DNA of 64,000 nucleotides from assembly GCF_036971445.1 (NCBI RefSeq), contig NC_091470.1, forward strand, positions 158,534,001 through 158,598,000. Reading direction: 5' to 3'. The notes under the pieces are model-generated. The model was given only the letters and a program-made list of their open reading frames with translations. It searched no databases and was not told the origin of the DNA. Each line of letters opens with the position of its first letter. Position 1 is the stretch's first letter. Positions 12,543 to 23,394 of the stretch are shown piece by piece. Source of the DNA: Narcine bancroftii (taxonomy: Eukaryota). The translations under genes and the position numbers were made by a program.

Positions 12543-14389
12543 GCAAGTGATATCTGTCCAAAGGAACATTCATATCGTTTTCCCAGCGGTGAGATCACAA
12601 AGGAAAGAGGGGCTGATCTGGCTTTGTTATTTAAATTGGCACTGCTGTTTATAGTTTAAAGTATTTACATCACAAGAAGGGATGAATGTGACATCGAGTG
12701 TAATCCAATAGGATCAAAGCTGATGAATTGCTCAAAATCTTTGTGAAAAGTGAACGATAAAATTAAATGAGAATTTCTTGCGAGGCTCAAGTGATCAAAT
12801 TTGAACTCCAAAGCGTGACCAAAATAATAATCTCCAGCCAGGCATTAAGATGGGCACTGTTAGGCTGACACAAGTCTAACATTAGTCATATTCAGAAAAT
12901 AAATCTGAAGGTGCCTTTCTGAAAGAGGAATGGGATAAGAATCCCTTAAGTAAAAGAAGAAGGAAGGTGTAACTAACAGCACTTTACAACGATCCTGATT
13001 TAGTCTTGGTAATGTTGAGCTTGAGAATCAATTTCTTCTGTTACTATCTCAAGTTTGAACTTTATAAGATTTTAAAAGTTTAAATCATTAGCGCCAGTTC
13101 ATTGTGAGATCGCAGATGCTTTGGGGGATAATTCAAGTTAGAAGTGTGCTTTATTTGCAGCTTCACATTTCTTGGTTGGAACGAACCTTTGACAATTTGA
13201 TAAGATAGCTGAATGAAAAATCTTCTGGTGAATGCATGAAACTAATTAAACTGCATGAACTTGCTTGTATGTATTCATGCCTGAAACAAAACTTGAATCT
13301 TCAAAGTTCGTTGAATAATCGTGACTTATTGCCCAGTAAAATGATATCTCATTAATTTTCAATCTCTGATGTTTAGAGACTGTAATTTTGATATTTAAAT
13401 TTGTTGATTACGGGCTTGTGTGACAAGAATTGGTCTGATTTCAATTATGAGAAGAAAATGCTGAAAATAATAAACAGGTCTGGCAGCATTTGACCTTGAT
13501 ATGTCTACCACTTGGTTTTTATTTCAGATTTATAGCGTCTGGTTATTTTGCTCTTGGGTCCTAATTTCCACCACGAGTGTGTTCTCTTAGCCATTCCCAA
13601 TATGGTTGATGAAATATTTCAAGTAGCCTCGGGTTCATCATGGGAGTGGATAGGTGGAAATCAGCTCTATCCTGCAACTCTGCATCAGGAACTCTGATAC
13701 ACGAGCTGTTCAATATCTATCTGATGCCTGATGTGAAGATTTCACGGTCAAGAATGGCCACTTCGCTCAGACACTGGAGGCTTGGCAACAACAATTGAAT
13801 CATACCTTCTGCAGAGAGAGGAGAGTTTAAAATAATGGAAGAGAAACTAAGGGAAGAAAATGCAACTGGAAAGCAAAGCAGAATGGATACAAGCGAAAAA
13901 AGACTTTCACTGAGAAGCAAATGGCCCGTCGTTATAAACCAACAGCCCTCCATCTTGTTTCATTTTGTTCTGCAACTTATTAAATTGGTGTTTGTTTTTT
14001 TTTCTCTCTGTCTGGTCTCTGCAGACATTTGGGTGCCCTGGGGGATGTTGGGCCCAATTTAAAAGCATATGAATTGGATTTGGATAACTCATATTGCCAA
14101 TGTGACCTCCAGTTCATTTACAGCAACATATTAATGCTTCATGAGAAAAGCATGTGAACTTTATAATCTGCCTGCAGGTGGAATGTTAATGGGATGGAAA
14201 GGTCACACCGCTGATTTCAAATGTAAAATGTCCTGCTGTGATAATGACTCATGCTGTTTAGCAAAATGCTGTAAATATCATTCACTTATTTGGTACTGGA
14301 TTGCTAACTTATCATCACACATGTATAGAACCATCGCAAACTCACCTATAATTTTTCAAGGTGATGATCCCAAGCCTATTTTTTTACTT

Positions 14390-14630
14390 TAGACCTACAG
14401 AACGGTAACAGGCCATTTCGGCCCACGAGTCCGTGCCACCCAATTTACACCCAATTAACCTACTCCTCCCCCCACCTTCCCCCTCCACCCTGGTGGGAGG
14501 AAACCGGAGCCACTGGAGAAAACCCACGCAGACACAGAGAGAACGTACAAACTCCTTACAGACAGCGCGGGATTCGAACCCAGTCCCGATCGCCGGCATT
14601 GCAGTAACCACTATGCCAACTGTGCCGCCC
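14390..14630 (-). mobile_element. V-SINE (HE1-like)
   Basis: Reverse of gggttcgaatccc (B box)...gtttgtacgttctc...gtgtctgcgtgggttt, plus a CR1-derived tail gggccgaaatggcctgttacc. Confidence 0.8.
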
Positions 14631-14824
14631 TATTTGAGAATCTGCCAATCACCATCCAATGATGAGATTCTTTAACTGAGCCAGGGACTGAATTTAGGAA
14701 CCAAAGGCAAAATAATGCAGACGCTGAAAATCAGAAATGGAAAACGATGGAAATACTGGGAATATCAATGACTGGCCTGGCCTGACTATTTCCAGCATTT
14801 TCTGGCTAGTTTTAATTTAATTTA

Positions 14825-14972
14825 AAACTACAGCAGGGTACAGCAGTTCTTGAGTCCAAATGCACTCAAGTGACCAATTAACCTAACCCCTATGTCTTTG
14901 GAATGTGGGAGGAAGCCGGATCACCGGGAGGAAGCCCCTGCAGACAAGGGGAGAATGTACAAACTCCTTACC
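14825..14972 (-). mobile_element. V-SINE fragment
   Basis: Same family core (gagaatgtacaaactcctta). Confidence 0.7.
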
Positions 14973-15380
14973 TTTTGTAATAAAAATCAGGCATTTCCTT
15001 GCCAGCGTGAATTGTGGCACTGCAGGCTATACTTACCAACAGAATTCTAAGGAAATCTCCATTTTTAACATTACATTCAAATCACATCTCATTCTAATTT
15101 TTTTTCCATACACCGAGCAACATTTGATATTCACCAGCTTTTTTTTGTCCACAAGGCTCCTGACCTACACTGGATGCTGTATTTTAGAATCAACTAACAC
15201 GAACAAGGTTACAAATCTTGTAAAGGAAGGACTAAAGCCAGGCACTAAATTACTAAATCCAGTGATTTGTTCCTTTGTGGTCTGCACCCATTCACAAAAA
15301 AGGCACCATCAAACTCATCTGATTCTTTCATGCAAATGTAGTCATTGATGGGATTGGACGTTGTGTTTTTATCCAACTAG

Positions 15381-15514
15381 GCCGCCCGGGAAACATGGGC
15401 AACGTAAAGACCCTAGGAGACAACTATCAATTCACAGTGGACGTGAACGATTTCTCACCGGAAGACATTATTGTTACCACTTCCAACAATCAGATTGAAG
15501 TCCATGCCGAGAAG
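15381..15514 (+). CDS. HSPB7: HSPB7 exon 2 (alpha-crystallin domain)
   Basis: Acceptor caactag|. Encodes (G)[44 protein letters not shown]. Donor |gtgagg. 134 nt. Confidence 0.97.
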
Positions 15515-16434
15515 GTGAGGCATTATTATTGAGCTCCTGATCTCTGTCACATCCAAACTAAGTAAAGAAGGAGAAAATAAAATCTACATTGAGTTTCAGC
15601 TAGTTTGATCATTCACACTTCCAGGATTATACAGGCTGCTATTCCAATGTTCTTTCATCATTTTAGTTAAGAGAGCCAAAGACACTTAATTTAAGAACAT
15701 TTGTACACCTGGCTTCACATACACACAATATAAAGCATAAAGACCAATTCTCAAACACACATTGCATAACTTGCACAATTTAACAACTGTAAGAAAATAG
15801 ATTGGTGTTCTCTATCACAAGATTTCATCTTCTGCTTTGCACATGGGTATCACCGTGAAAAGTGACCACTACTGAGGGGTTAATCCTATGGTGAAAATGT
15901 GAGCGACTGCAGTGTCACCCTCCATTTTCTACCCTCATCCCACCTTCCTCTCCACCATCACCTCACCATGACCTTTGAATCAAGTTGGATTTTTAATCAT
16001 TGCTATCAGATTTGGATTTTGTTTTGTCACGAGTATTTTTTCCCTTTACATCCCTATTATTAATTATAGCCAGATGTGCTGCTCCTCATCAGTTCTGAAA
16101 ATAACTGGCTCTTTCTTAGACGTGATCGCAGCAAAGTCAAGCTTGATGTTGGGAATGTATTCTGAGAATTCCAATTGCATTTGAAGCCATTTTCAGCTGG
16201 AGTTGTTTATTTTCCAAAAGTGCCAAATATTCAGAGGATCCTGGAATGATAAGGTGCAGAAAGAAAGAATCTGGTTCAGTGCGCCCGAGACTGCTCTTTG
16301 CAGAACAGAGGACATTGCAGCACATTACAGGTCCTTCGTCCCGCCCATGCTGTGCCAACCTACGTGAACCTTCCAGAAGCACAGACAAGTTGGGCCAAAG
16401 GCTCTGTTCTTTCTCCAGCCCATAAGATATCTGT

Positions 16435-16695
16435 ACAATGTGAGGGGAGGAAAGTTTAGGGGAGACATCAGGGGTAAGTTTTTTTTAACATTGTGGCTGT
16501 GTGAAATGCATCGCCAGTGGACGCTGGAACATTTGGGGCATTTAAGAGACTCTTAGACAGGCACATGGATGGAAGAAAACTAGAGGGTTATCAGATAGGA
16601 AGGGTTTAATTTTTTTTGGAGGGATATATAGGTTGGCACAACATTGAGGGCCAAATGGCCTGTACTGTGTTGTACAGTACACTGTGTTCTATGTT
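16435..16695 (+). mobile_element. CR1-type LINE 3' end
   Basis: aagtttaggggagacatcaggggtaagtttttt...ttaagagactcttagacaggcacatgg...gggccaaatggcctgtactgtg. Confidence 0.75.
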
Positions 16696-16759
16696 AAATT
16701 CCTAAACTAATCTCACATCTTGTTTTCTCCTGTTTACCTTGACATTTCCCTTTCAAGTA

Positions 16760-17068
16760 CAGTAAAACTTTGTTAGAACGCGGTAGTTGGGGTCCAAGAT
16801 TTCATACCTTGTTACAGACGAGTGGTGATTCAGGAAGCAGGAAAACAGAATACGGTGACTCAAACCCTATAATAAGAACTTTAAGACCTTTAAACTCCAC
16901 ATATTAATATACATATCTTGTAAATGAGACATAAGAGTCCATTTCTGAATTTATGGCTGTTAGCCACTGTTAGCCTGGCATCTTAAATTCAATGTTTGGG
17001 GTTCACAGACACCCGCACTATAAGCGATTCCGCAGATTAACGAATCGCATTCTCACGTGGTTTCACTA
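16760..17068. mobile_element. Tc1/mariner (Tigger-like) MITE
   Basis: TA|cagtaaaactttgttagaacgcg ... cgcattctcacgtggtttcacta|TA forms imperfect TIRs with TA flanks. Confidence 0.55.
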
Positions 17069-17929
17069 TATATCTCTCCTAACAGTTCTGATTAAATCTA
17101 CTACCATCATTCTTTCAGCCAACACATTTCAGATCACAGCTGCAGCAATAAAAAAATTCCAATTGCAACAAACATCCGAAATTCAGATTCATTTCTTTGA
17201 ATTTTCTCCCAATTTAACATGAAAAGATAGAAAACTCTGCATTTAATGCATCTGAACAGGGCTTCCCTTCTCTGTAAGCTGAGGTTCCATCAGTAAAGCC
17301 CACCACCACCACCCTCTCACCTTTCCCCAACCCTACCCCTCAGCACACTGAGCTACGCATTCTTCACATTCTGGATCGGCTCATCATGCTCATAATTTCC
17401 TGCCAAAAGTACTCGCTGGAGGTGGCTGTTAAAACACAGATGGGAAAGTGCCAGAGCCATGAGAGGAAGAGGTGATGTAGAGTAATGCGGACTGGTGGTC
17501 GTAAGTACAGCTTGCAACCAAGAATGATGCCCATTGCCACTTACAATAGCACTCACCTGGAAAGGTTCCCAACCAAAATCCTCTTATTTGGTCAGTTTAC
17601 TTCCTGTTCTTCTGTCAAAGGGCGATCTTCCATATGTTGGTTTCTGTACAGCATGTGTGCAACGATCAACAATTCCATTTATTCCTACTGTTATTTCTCC
17701 CCTTTTTTATGCAATGATTTTAGGAAGCCGCCCAATGACGCTTCATTGAGTGAGCCTCTCTTGTGTATCTTGTGTATCTTCAGCATATTATCGAATGCAT
17801 TTCTTCAACTCTTCAGCAAGATGATAATGAAATCACATCTAAAGCTTATTAAATCCCTCAAAGGAATTTATCACCATCAGCTCAGCTCAGTGACCTGCTG
17901 CATCCAACTATTACTGAATTAATTTTGTT

Positions 17930-18170
17930 TTTGACATACAGCATGGTAACAGGGCATTTCACCCCACGAGTCCTTGCCGCCCAATTTACACCCAATTACC
18001 CTACACCACCAGTACATTTCGAATGGTTGGAGGAAACCAGAGCCCCCCCCTCATGCAGACACGGTGAGAACGTACAAACTCCTTACAGACAGCGCGAGAT
18101 CCAAACCCCGGTCCCGATCGCTGGTGCTGTAACAGCAGTGTGCTAACTGCTAGGCCAACCATGCCGCCTT
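17930..18170 (-). mobile_element. V-SINE (HE1-like)
   Basis: Highly similar to 14390-14630. Confidence 0.8.
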
Positions 18171-18343
18171 AATCTTCAGTTATTTTGTGTCAACCAGGCT
18201 TTGTCATATTAATTCAATTATTAACCAACTTTGAGGAAACAATTTCTTCGGAGTGTCAGATTTTTTTCCCCCACAGAGATATATTTATTCCCAACTTAAA
18301 ATTCTGGGCCTGATGTAGCATTTACCGTTTGTTTTGCAGTAAT

Positions 18344-18689
18344 TGTTAGGTCTGCTTTGTTCATGAATGAGTGAGACAAACACCAGGCTGAGTCGAAATC
18401 AGGGTTCTTTGTTCTTTATTACCGGATTGTAACACTTGCGACTAACAAAGTTAGTCGGAGAATGCATTCTGCCGTTATCAGCAAAATGGTGATTTTTTAT
18501 ACCCTTGGATATGTGCTTAGAACATCATCATATCATTACTTGTCCAATGACTAAAACTGTTGCTATCCTTTCCCTGCTAGCTTCCTGCCTCTCAATCCAT
18601 CAATGTCTCTCTTATCTTGTAAGTACAAGGATGCATTCACATCTTGTTACAGCCCTGTACATTCCCATCTCATGATGTTTTACCTAACA
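18344..18689 (-). mobile_element. Solo LTR, family A
   Basis: Termini TGTTAGGT...ACCTAACA. Minus-strand TATAAAAAA (18501-18493) and AATAAA (18420-18415). Near-identical to 36409-36772. Confidence 0.8.
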
Positions 18690-19842
18690 TGTATAGGGCA
18701 TCAGCTTTAACATTTTAAGTAACTGGTTATGATCCCATAACCATTATTTCACACCTGAAAATAAAATCACCTCAATCACAGTAAATGCTGACCAATGCCA
18801 TAGTGCATTGGCTTCATGGAAAAAACTTACAACTATACCTTGCCGTAACTTGCATTAGATTCTCATTCAGTTGTTTTTGTCCACACCTGTACTAGCAAGC
18901 TGCTGATTTGTAGAAAAGAAATATTAGAAAACACATTCATTGCATTTTATATGTTCACTTTTTATATTGTGAATATCGGCAACATTAATTGTGTAATTCC
19001 GAGGGGGAAATTCAGAGCCATTCTCAATTCACTTCCCCCCCGCCCCCACCCCCAAGGGCCATTCATAAATTTGCAGGAAATTTTAATGATCCAGAGAATT
19101 GTCTGAGTCAGCTACATAGATAAACTTTCTTGAGCTGCCATATTGCAAATGTAAATCCATAAACAATGTGCTACTAATTCAGACCTATGGCCCCTGCAAA
19201 GTATAAGGAACATTCAATTAATAAACTTTAACCAGTGTCGAACCAGCCCCAAAATATAAAACAAAATTAAAATAGCTAAATGACGAAAAGCAACACACCA
19301 AATGCTGGAGGATCTCAGGCAGCATCCATGGAAAGCAATAGATACACAAAGTTTTGTTTAGCAGTGTAACACTTTGGGCATGGAACATCTTGAGTGTCCA
19401 CTGACTACAACTTCCAAATTTATTATGATCAAACAGCAGAAAAATGGTGTTGGACAAATGTTCGTTCCCAAAATGCACTGCTTAGTGGATGTTTCCAGAT
19501 TCCTTAAGACAAAAATATTCACCCTCCAACACACTGAATCCAAAGATGATCCTCCCTTTCCCACCCCAAAATGCCAGCGTTGGGTAGAGGTGGGATGTGC
19601 CTTCCATTTGACCCTGGAAACATTTTATCTCAAGACAAAATTAATTCAAATGTTGCAAATCCTTGTTCCTTTAGGTATTGCTCAAATAGCAGTGATAGTT
19701 TCTTCAAGATTGACACTTCTTACTCTCTCAAATCTGTAGCACGGCGAGCACACATGCCAAATTACGAAAGGAGTCCTTCACTTTCCCCAGGGTTAAAATT
19801 TAACACCTGTGCAAATGCAAAGCGATTGTTTTTCAATTTCAG

Positions 19843-20028
19843 CTTGCTGCAGATGGAACTGTAATGAATACGTTCACACACAAGTGTCAGCTACCAGATG
19901 ACGTGGACCCCACCTCTGTGACTTCTGCCTTGGGAGATGATGGGACGCTGACCATTAAAGCAAAGCGGCATCCAGCCAAGCATACTGAGCATGTGCAGCA
20001 GACTTTCAGAACTGAGATTAAGATCTAA
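19843..20028 (+). CDS. HSPB7: HSPB7 exon 3 (coding part)
   Basis: Acceptor tttcaatttcag|. Encodes [61 protein letters not shown], the diagnostic HSPB7 C-terminus. The spliced CDS is 516 nt (171 aa). Confidence 0.98.
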   Translation, partial: LAADGTVMNTFTHKCQLPDDVDPTSVTSALGDDGTLTIKAKRHPAKHTEHVQQTFRTEIKI

Positions 20029-20504
20029 GTGGAGAGCACTGAGCCTGGCTTTATTGTAATGGTGTTTGGTAATGCCAGTAGTAGTGTATCAGTGTGTGCT
20101 GGTGTTTATCACTGCTTCCTGCCAGTTTATTATTGTAAACTATCATCTCAACTCTTTTAAGCAAGGAAACATTGAGGACAGCCTGTGAAACGGGGTCATT
20201 GACACTTCAACTGTATTACCTTAGTTACTTCATTTATAATACATTGCTAAAAGATGATTTGCAATATAGTGAAAGCCACGTTTGAATGCTTTGTTCCACA
20301 AGGGAGGTGAAGAATGTTCTGTGTGTGAATGGTCCTTTACTGTAAAGTACAAAGATCAGTAACATAGATAGCAACTCTTAGTTGACATCAAAGGTCTAAA
20401 TGTCCTGTTTATGCTATTTTGTATATAGATTTGCATCATTCATTATTTGACAAGAATTTAATTTCTTTGACTAAGACAGGTGTAAAAGTGTGTGTATGTT
20501 GCGA

Positions 20505-20745
20505 ATGATATTCCAAAGGAGGAACACTGTAGAGGCAGAAACTTTGTGCAGACAATGAACTGCTCGAGGAGCTCAGTGGGGCAGGCAAACAATAGATGAC
20601 TGGAGGATCTATGCCCCAAGTCTTGATGAAAGGTCCGATCCCTAAACGTTGACAGTTCTTTCTCTCCCACTGATCCTGCTCCATCCATTGAGTACCTCCA
20701 TTGTGTTTAGCTTCAAATTCCAGCACCTGCAAACTCCTGTGTCTC
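20505..20745. mobile_element. Penelope-derived fold-back element
   Basis: Contains tgctcgaggagctcagtggg, the hammerhead-like gtcttgatgaaaggtccgatccctaaacgttgac and ttgagtacctccattgtg. Confidence 0.55.
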
Positions 20746-21649
20746 TCGCGAGCTTCTGTTCCTCTCCGACAATGACAAAGTTAACTGATAAACCCATAAA
20801 TCCAGAACATTCGATGAAATGAGGGGCTGTGATGGATAAAAGAACAACCATTGACTTTGCCGCAAATGACCATGGATTAAACCATCACTCCAACGTTTTA
20901 GCATCAATGGCACTGAATTCAGTCCCTCTTAAAGAAACCAAGTGGATCTGTAGGCATTGAGCCCTCCAGGATTAATCCTCACCCATCACCACCACAAGTG
21001 GTTTATCTCACCTCTGTGAGGGGGGGACCTTTGTGTGCAAATTAATAACGGCAGTTCTCTACACCATAACAAAAATATAATCATTAATCAGCTGTGACAT
21101 GCTTGAAGCATTAGTGGTTACGAAAAGTGTTTTTTTCAAAATGCAACTTTGTCTTTTATTTCTGTGCTCCCCTAACCTGTAGCAGCCAGTTTCAACTGTA
21201 CAGAAGTACAAAAAAAGCTTAAATTTATCTGTCCTTCATGTGGTACTACTTGCTTTCTTAAATTCTATCTTTATCTTGCCCATGCTATTCAGCAAGTATT
21301 AAGAACATTAACATTCTTCCTTCTCAATGTAAAAAGCATGATTTCCATTCATTTTCCTCACACAAATCCTCTTTATAATCGTCATTTTATTTTTTTTCTG
21401 GGGTATAGCACCTCAGCACATCGTTCAAACATCAAGGGGAAATTTACACCCAGCCACAACTATTAATACTTGCGGGTGATTTGCTAGCCAATTATACTCA
21501 CGACGCAACACTCAGTTTTATTGATCTCAGTGGAACTGAATGTATAGAGGCAAATACAACTGGGGACCAATATTCTCAATATCATTATGTATCTACTCCC
21601 AAGATAAGGTCTTCCAGTCCAGATCATCTAAGATGTTAATCTTCTTCAA

Positions 21650-22445
21650 AAAGTGTGGAGAAGTCGAGGTTAATGCCATCTGGTTGGAGAGTGCCCAGAC
21701 GGAATATTAGGTGTTGCTCCTCCAATTTACGAGTGGCCTCAGTTCGGCCATGCATGAGGCCGTGGACAGACTTGTCGGTACGGGAGAGGGGCACAAAACC
21801 GAGGTGGTTGGCCACTAGGCGTGGGTGTAAAAGTGGCACTTCCTACAGCCACTGGATTCCCCTCGACCATCATCTACTCAGTCTTTGCTTCCATCTCCCC
21901 CATTTCCTTTTCATCTGCCCTGGCCTTCTCTGCCCCTAAGCCGCAAAAACAGGGTTCCTCTTGTCCTGATGCACCACCCCATTAGCTTCTGCATTCAAAA
22001 TATTATCCTCTGTAATTTGCATCGCCTAAAACATGATCCTACCAGCAGACACATCTTCCGCTTTCTGCAGAGACTCCGTGGCTCCCTTGACCACACATCC
22101 CTCCCCACCAAAATCCCCCCCATCCCGTCACCTTCCCCTGTGGCTGTAGGAACTGCCACTTTTGTTCCCACACCTAGTGACCAACCACTTCAATCCTGAG
22201 CCCCTCTACCGCATGTCTGTCCTTGGCCTCATGCACTGCTGAACCAATGGCGTTAACAATCAACTTCTCCAGTTTCTGCTAGCTCACTCCCTCTTCCTCA
22301 TCCTTCTGTCTTCTTTCCTTCCACTCTCTACCCTCTCCATTCACAGGGCCACCCCTCCTCCCCTGCTTGCTGTAGTGCCCTCCCTCCCTTATCCATAATG
22401 TACACTGATTGGCTTGCTGAGTTTCTCCAGCATGGTGCTTTTACT
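21650..22445. mobile_element. Penelope-like element fragments in inverted arrangement
   Basis: The minus strand at 21650-21830 encodes HGLMHGRTEATRKLEEQHLIFRLGTLQPDGINLDFS. The plus strand at 21880-22445 encodes RVPLVLMHHP..IQNIILCNLHRLKHDPTSRHIF and then a second GIY-YIG C-terminal remnant. Confidence 0.7.
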
Positions 22446-22909
22446 TTTATACCAATACCTGCTGGTTATTTTTCATTATTTTTAAGATTATTTTTCCCCA
22501 TCTTTGGAACATCTCAGACCATTCTACCCTTCCATCAAAACACCAGGCCTTCTTCTGATTCAGCCCATTTGGAAAGGAATTCCATTAATCCTTGCTGAGA
22601 ATGCAATGAATTGTGATGAATTTCCTTGAAGACATGTTGTAATGTTACAAAGTCCACAGCCTTTCTGGGTCTTACTCCCGAGACATTCATTATTAGTCAA
22701 TGTAAAGATCCTGGGAATCTGCAATTACCTCTTCTACACACAAAGATTGCAGCAGAATTAAGCTGTACTTCTACTTCGCGGCAAGTTCCACAGCAGATTT
22801 ACTAGTGTACATGGTACTGTGAACACCTTTGCTCTATTTTAGGCAGTGCTTTAAAGGGAAGAGTCATCAATTCAATGTTTACACTTGCCTTCCTTGACTT
22901 GAGAATAGG

Positions 22910-23040
22910 TCAAGTCAAGTTCATTGTCATCTAATTGTACAAGTACAACCTGACGAAACAGCGTTCTCCAGTCCTCAGTGCAAAACAGGCAGACACACAA
23001 CCAGACCTAACACACATGCAGACACACAATACATATACAA
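22910..23040 (-). mobile_element. Rex-like LINE 3' end
   Basis: Near-identical to 3128-3260. Confidence 0.7.
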
Positions 23041-23372
23041 GAAGGTCCTTGTTCACCCTTAGCAAGGTCAGTCACGCATGTTGCTATTAGACTTCACATG
23101 TACATGAACAGGTAATTAACATGCGATTGACTAATAGAAGTATCAATCAAAGTAACTCTGGATATTTGAGAATGAATCTACATTCATACTTGCAAATATA
23201 AACAGTACAAATTGAACTTTTTATTAAAGAAATTCTGGACATGTGAAGCCATTTTTTATTCCATTCTCAATATTTTATTCATTTATGATCCATGCAAGTG
23301 TTGGTATTACTTTTACGTACATGTATTTTCCTTCCTATTGAATCTAACAGAATTCTACTGTATTTGAGATTT

Positions 23373-23394
23373 AATAAATAGCAACTTGAATAAA
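23373..23394 (+). terminator. Candidate HSPB7 polyadenylation signals
   Basis: Tandem AATAAA (23373-23378 and 23389-23394) followed by U/GU-rich sequence. These are the first canonical hexamers I saw after the stop codon. Confidence 0.4.

Noticed and set aside
12586-12596. GT donor (gcg|gtgaga) as the end of HSPB7 exon 1
   Set aside because: An in-frame TGA at 12548-12550 precedes it, so only the GC donor keeps the frame.
14390-14630. tRNA genes suggested by B-box-like gttcgaatccc motifs
   Set aside because: They are heads of tRNA-derived SINEs and form no cloverleaf.
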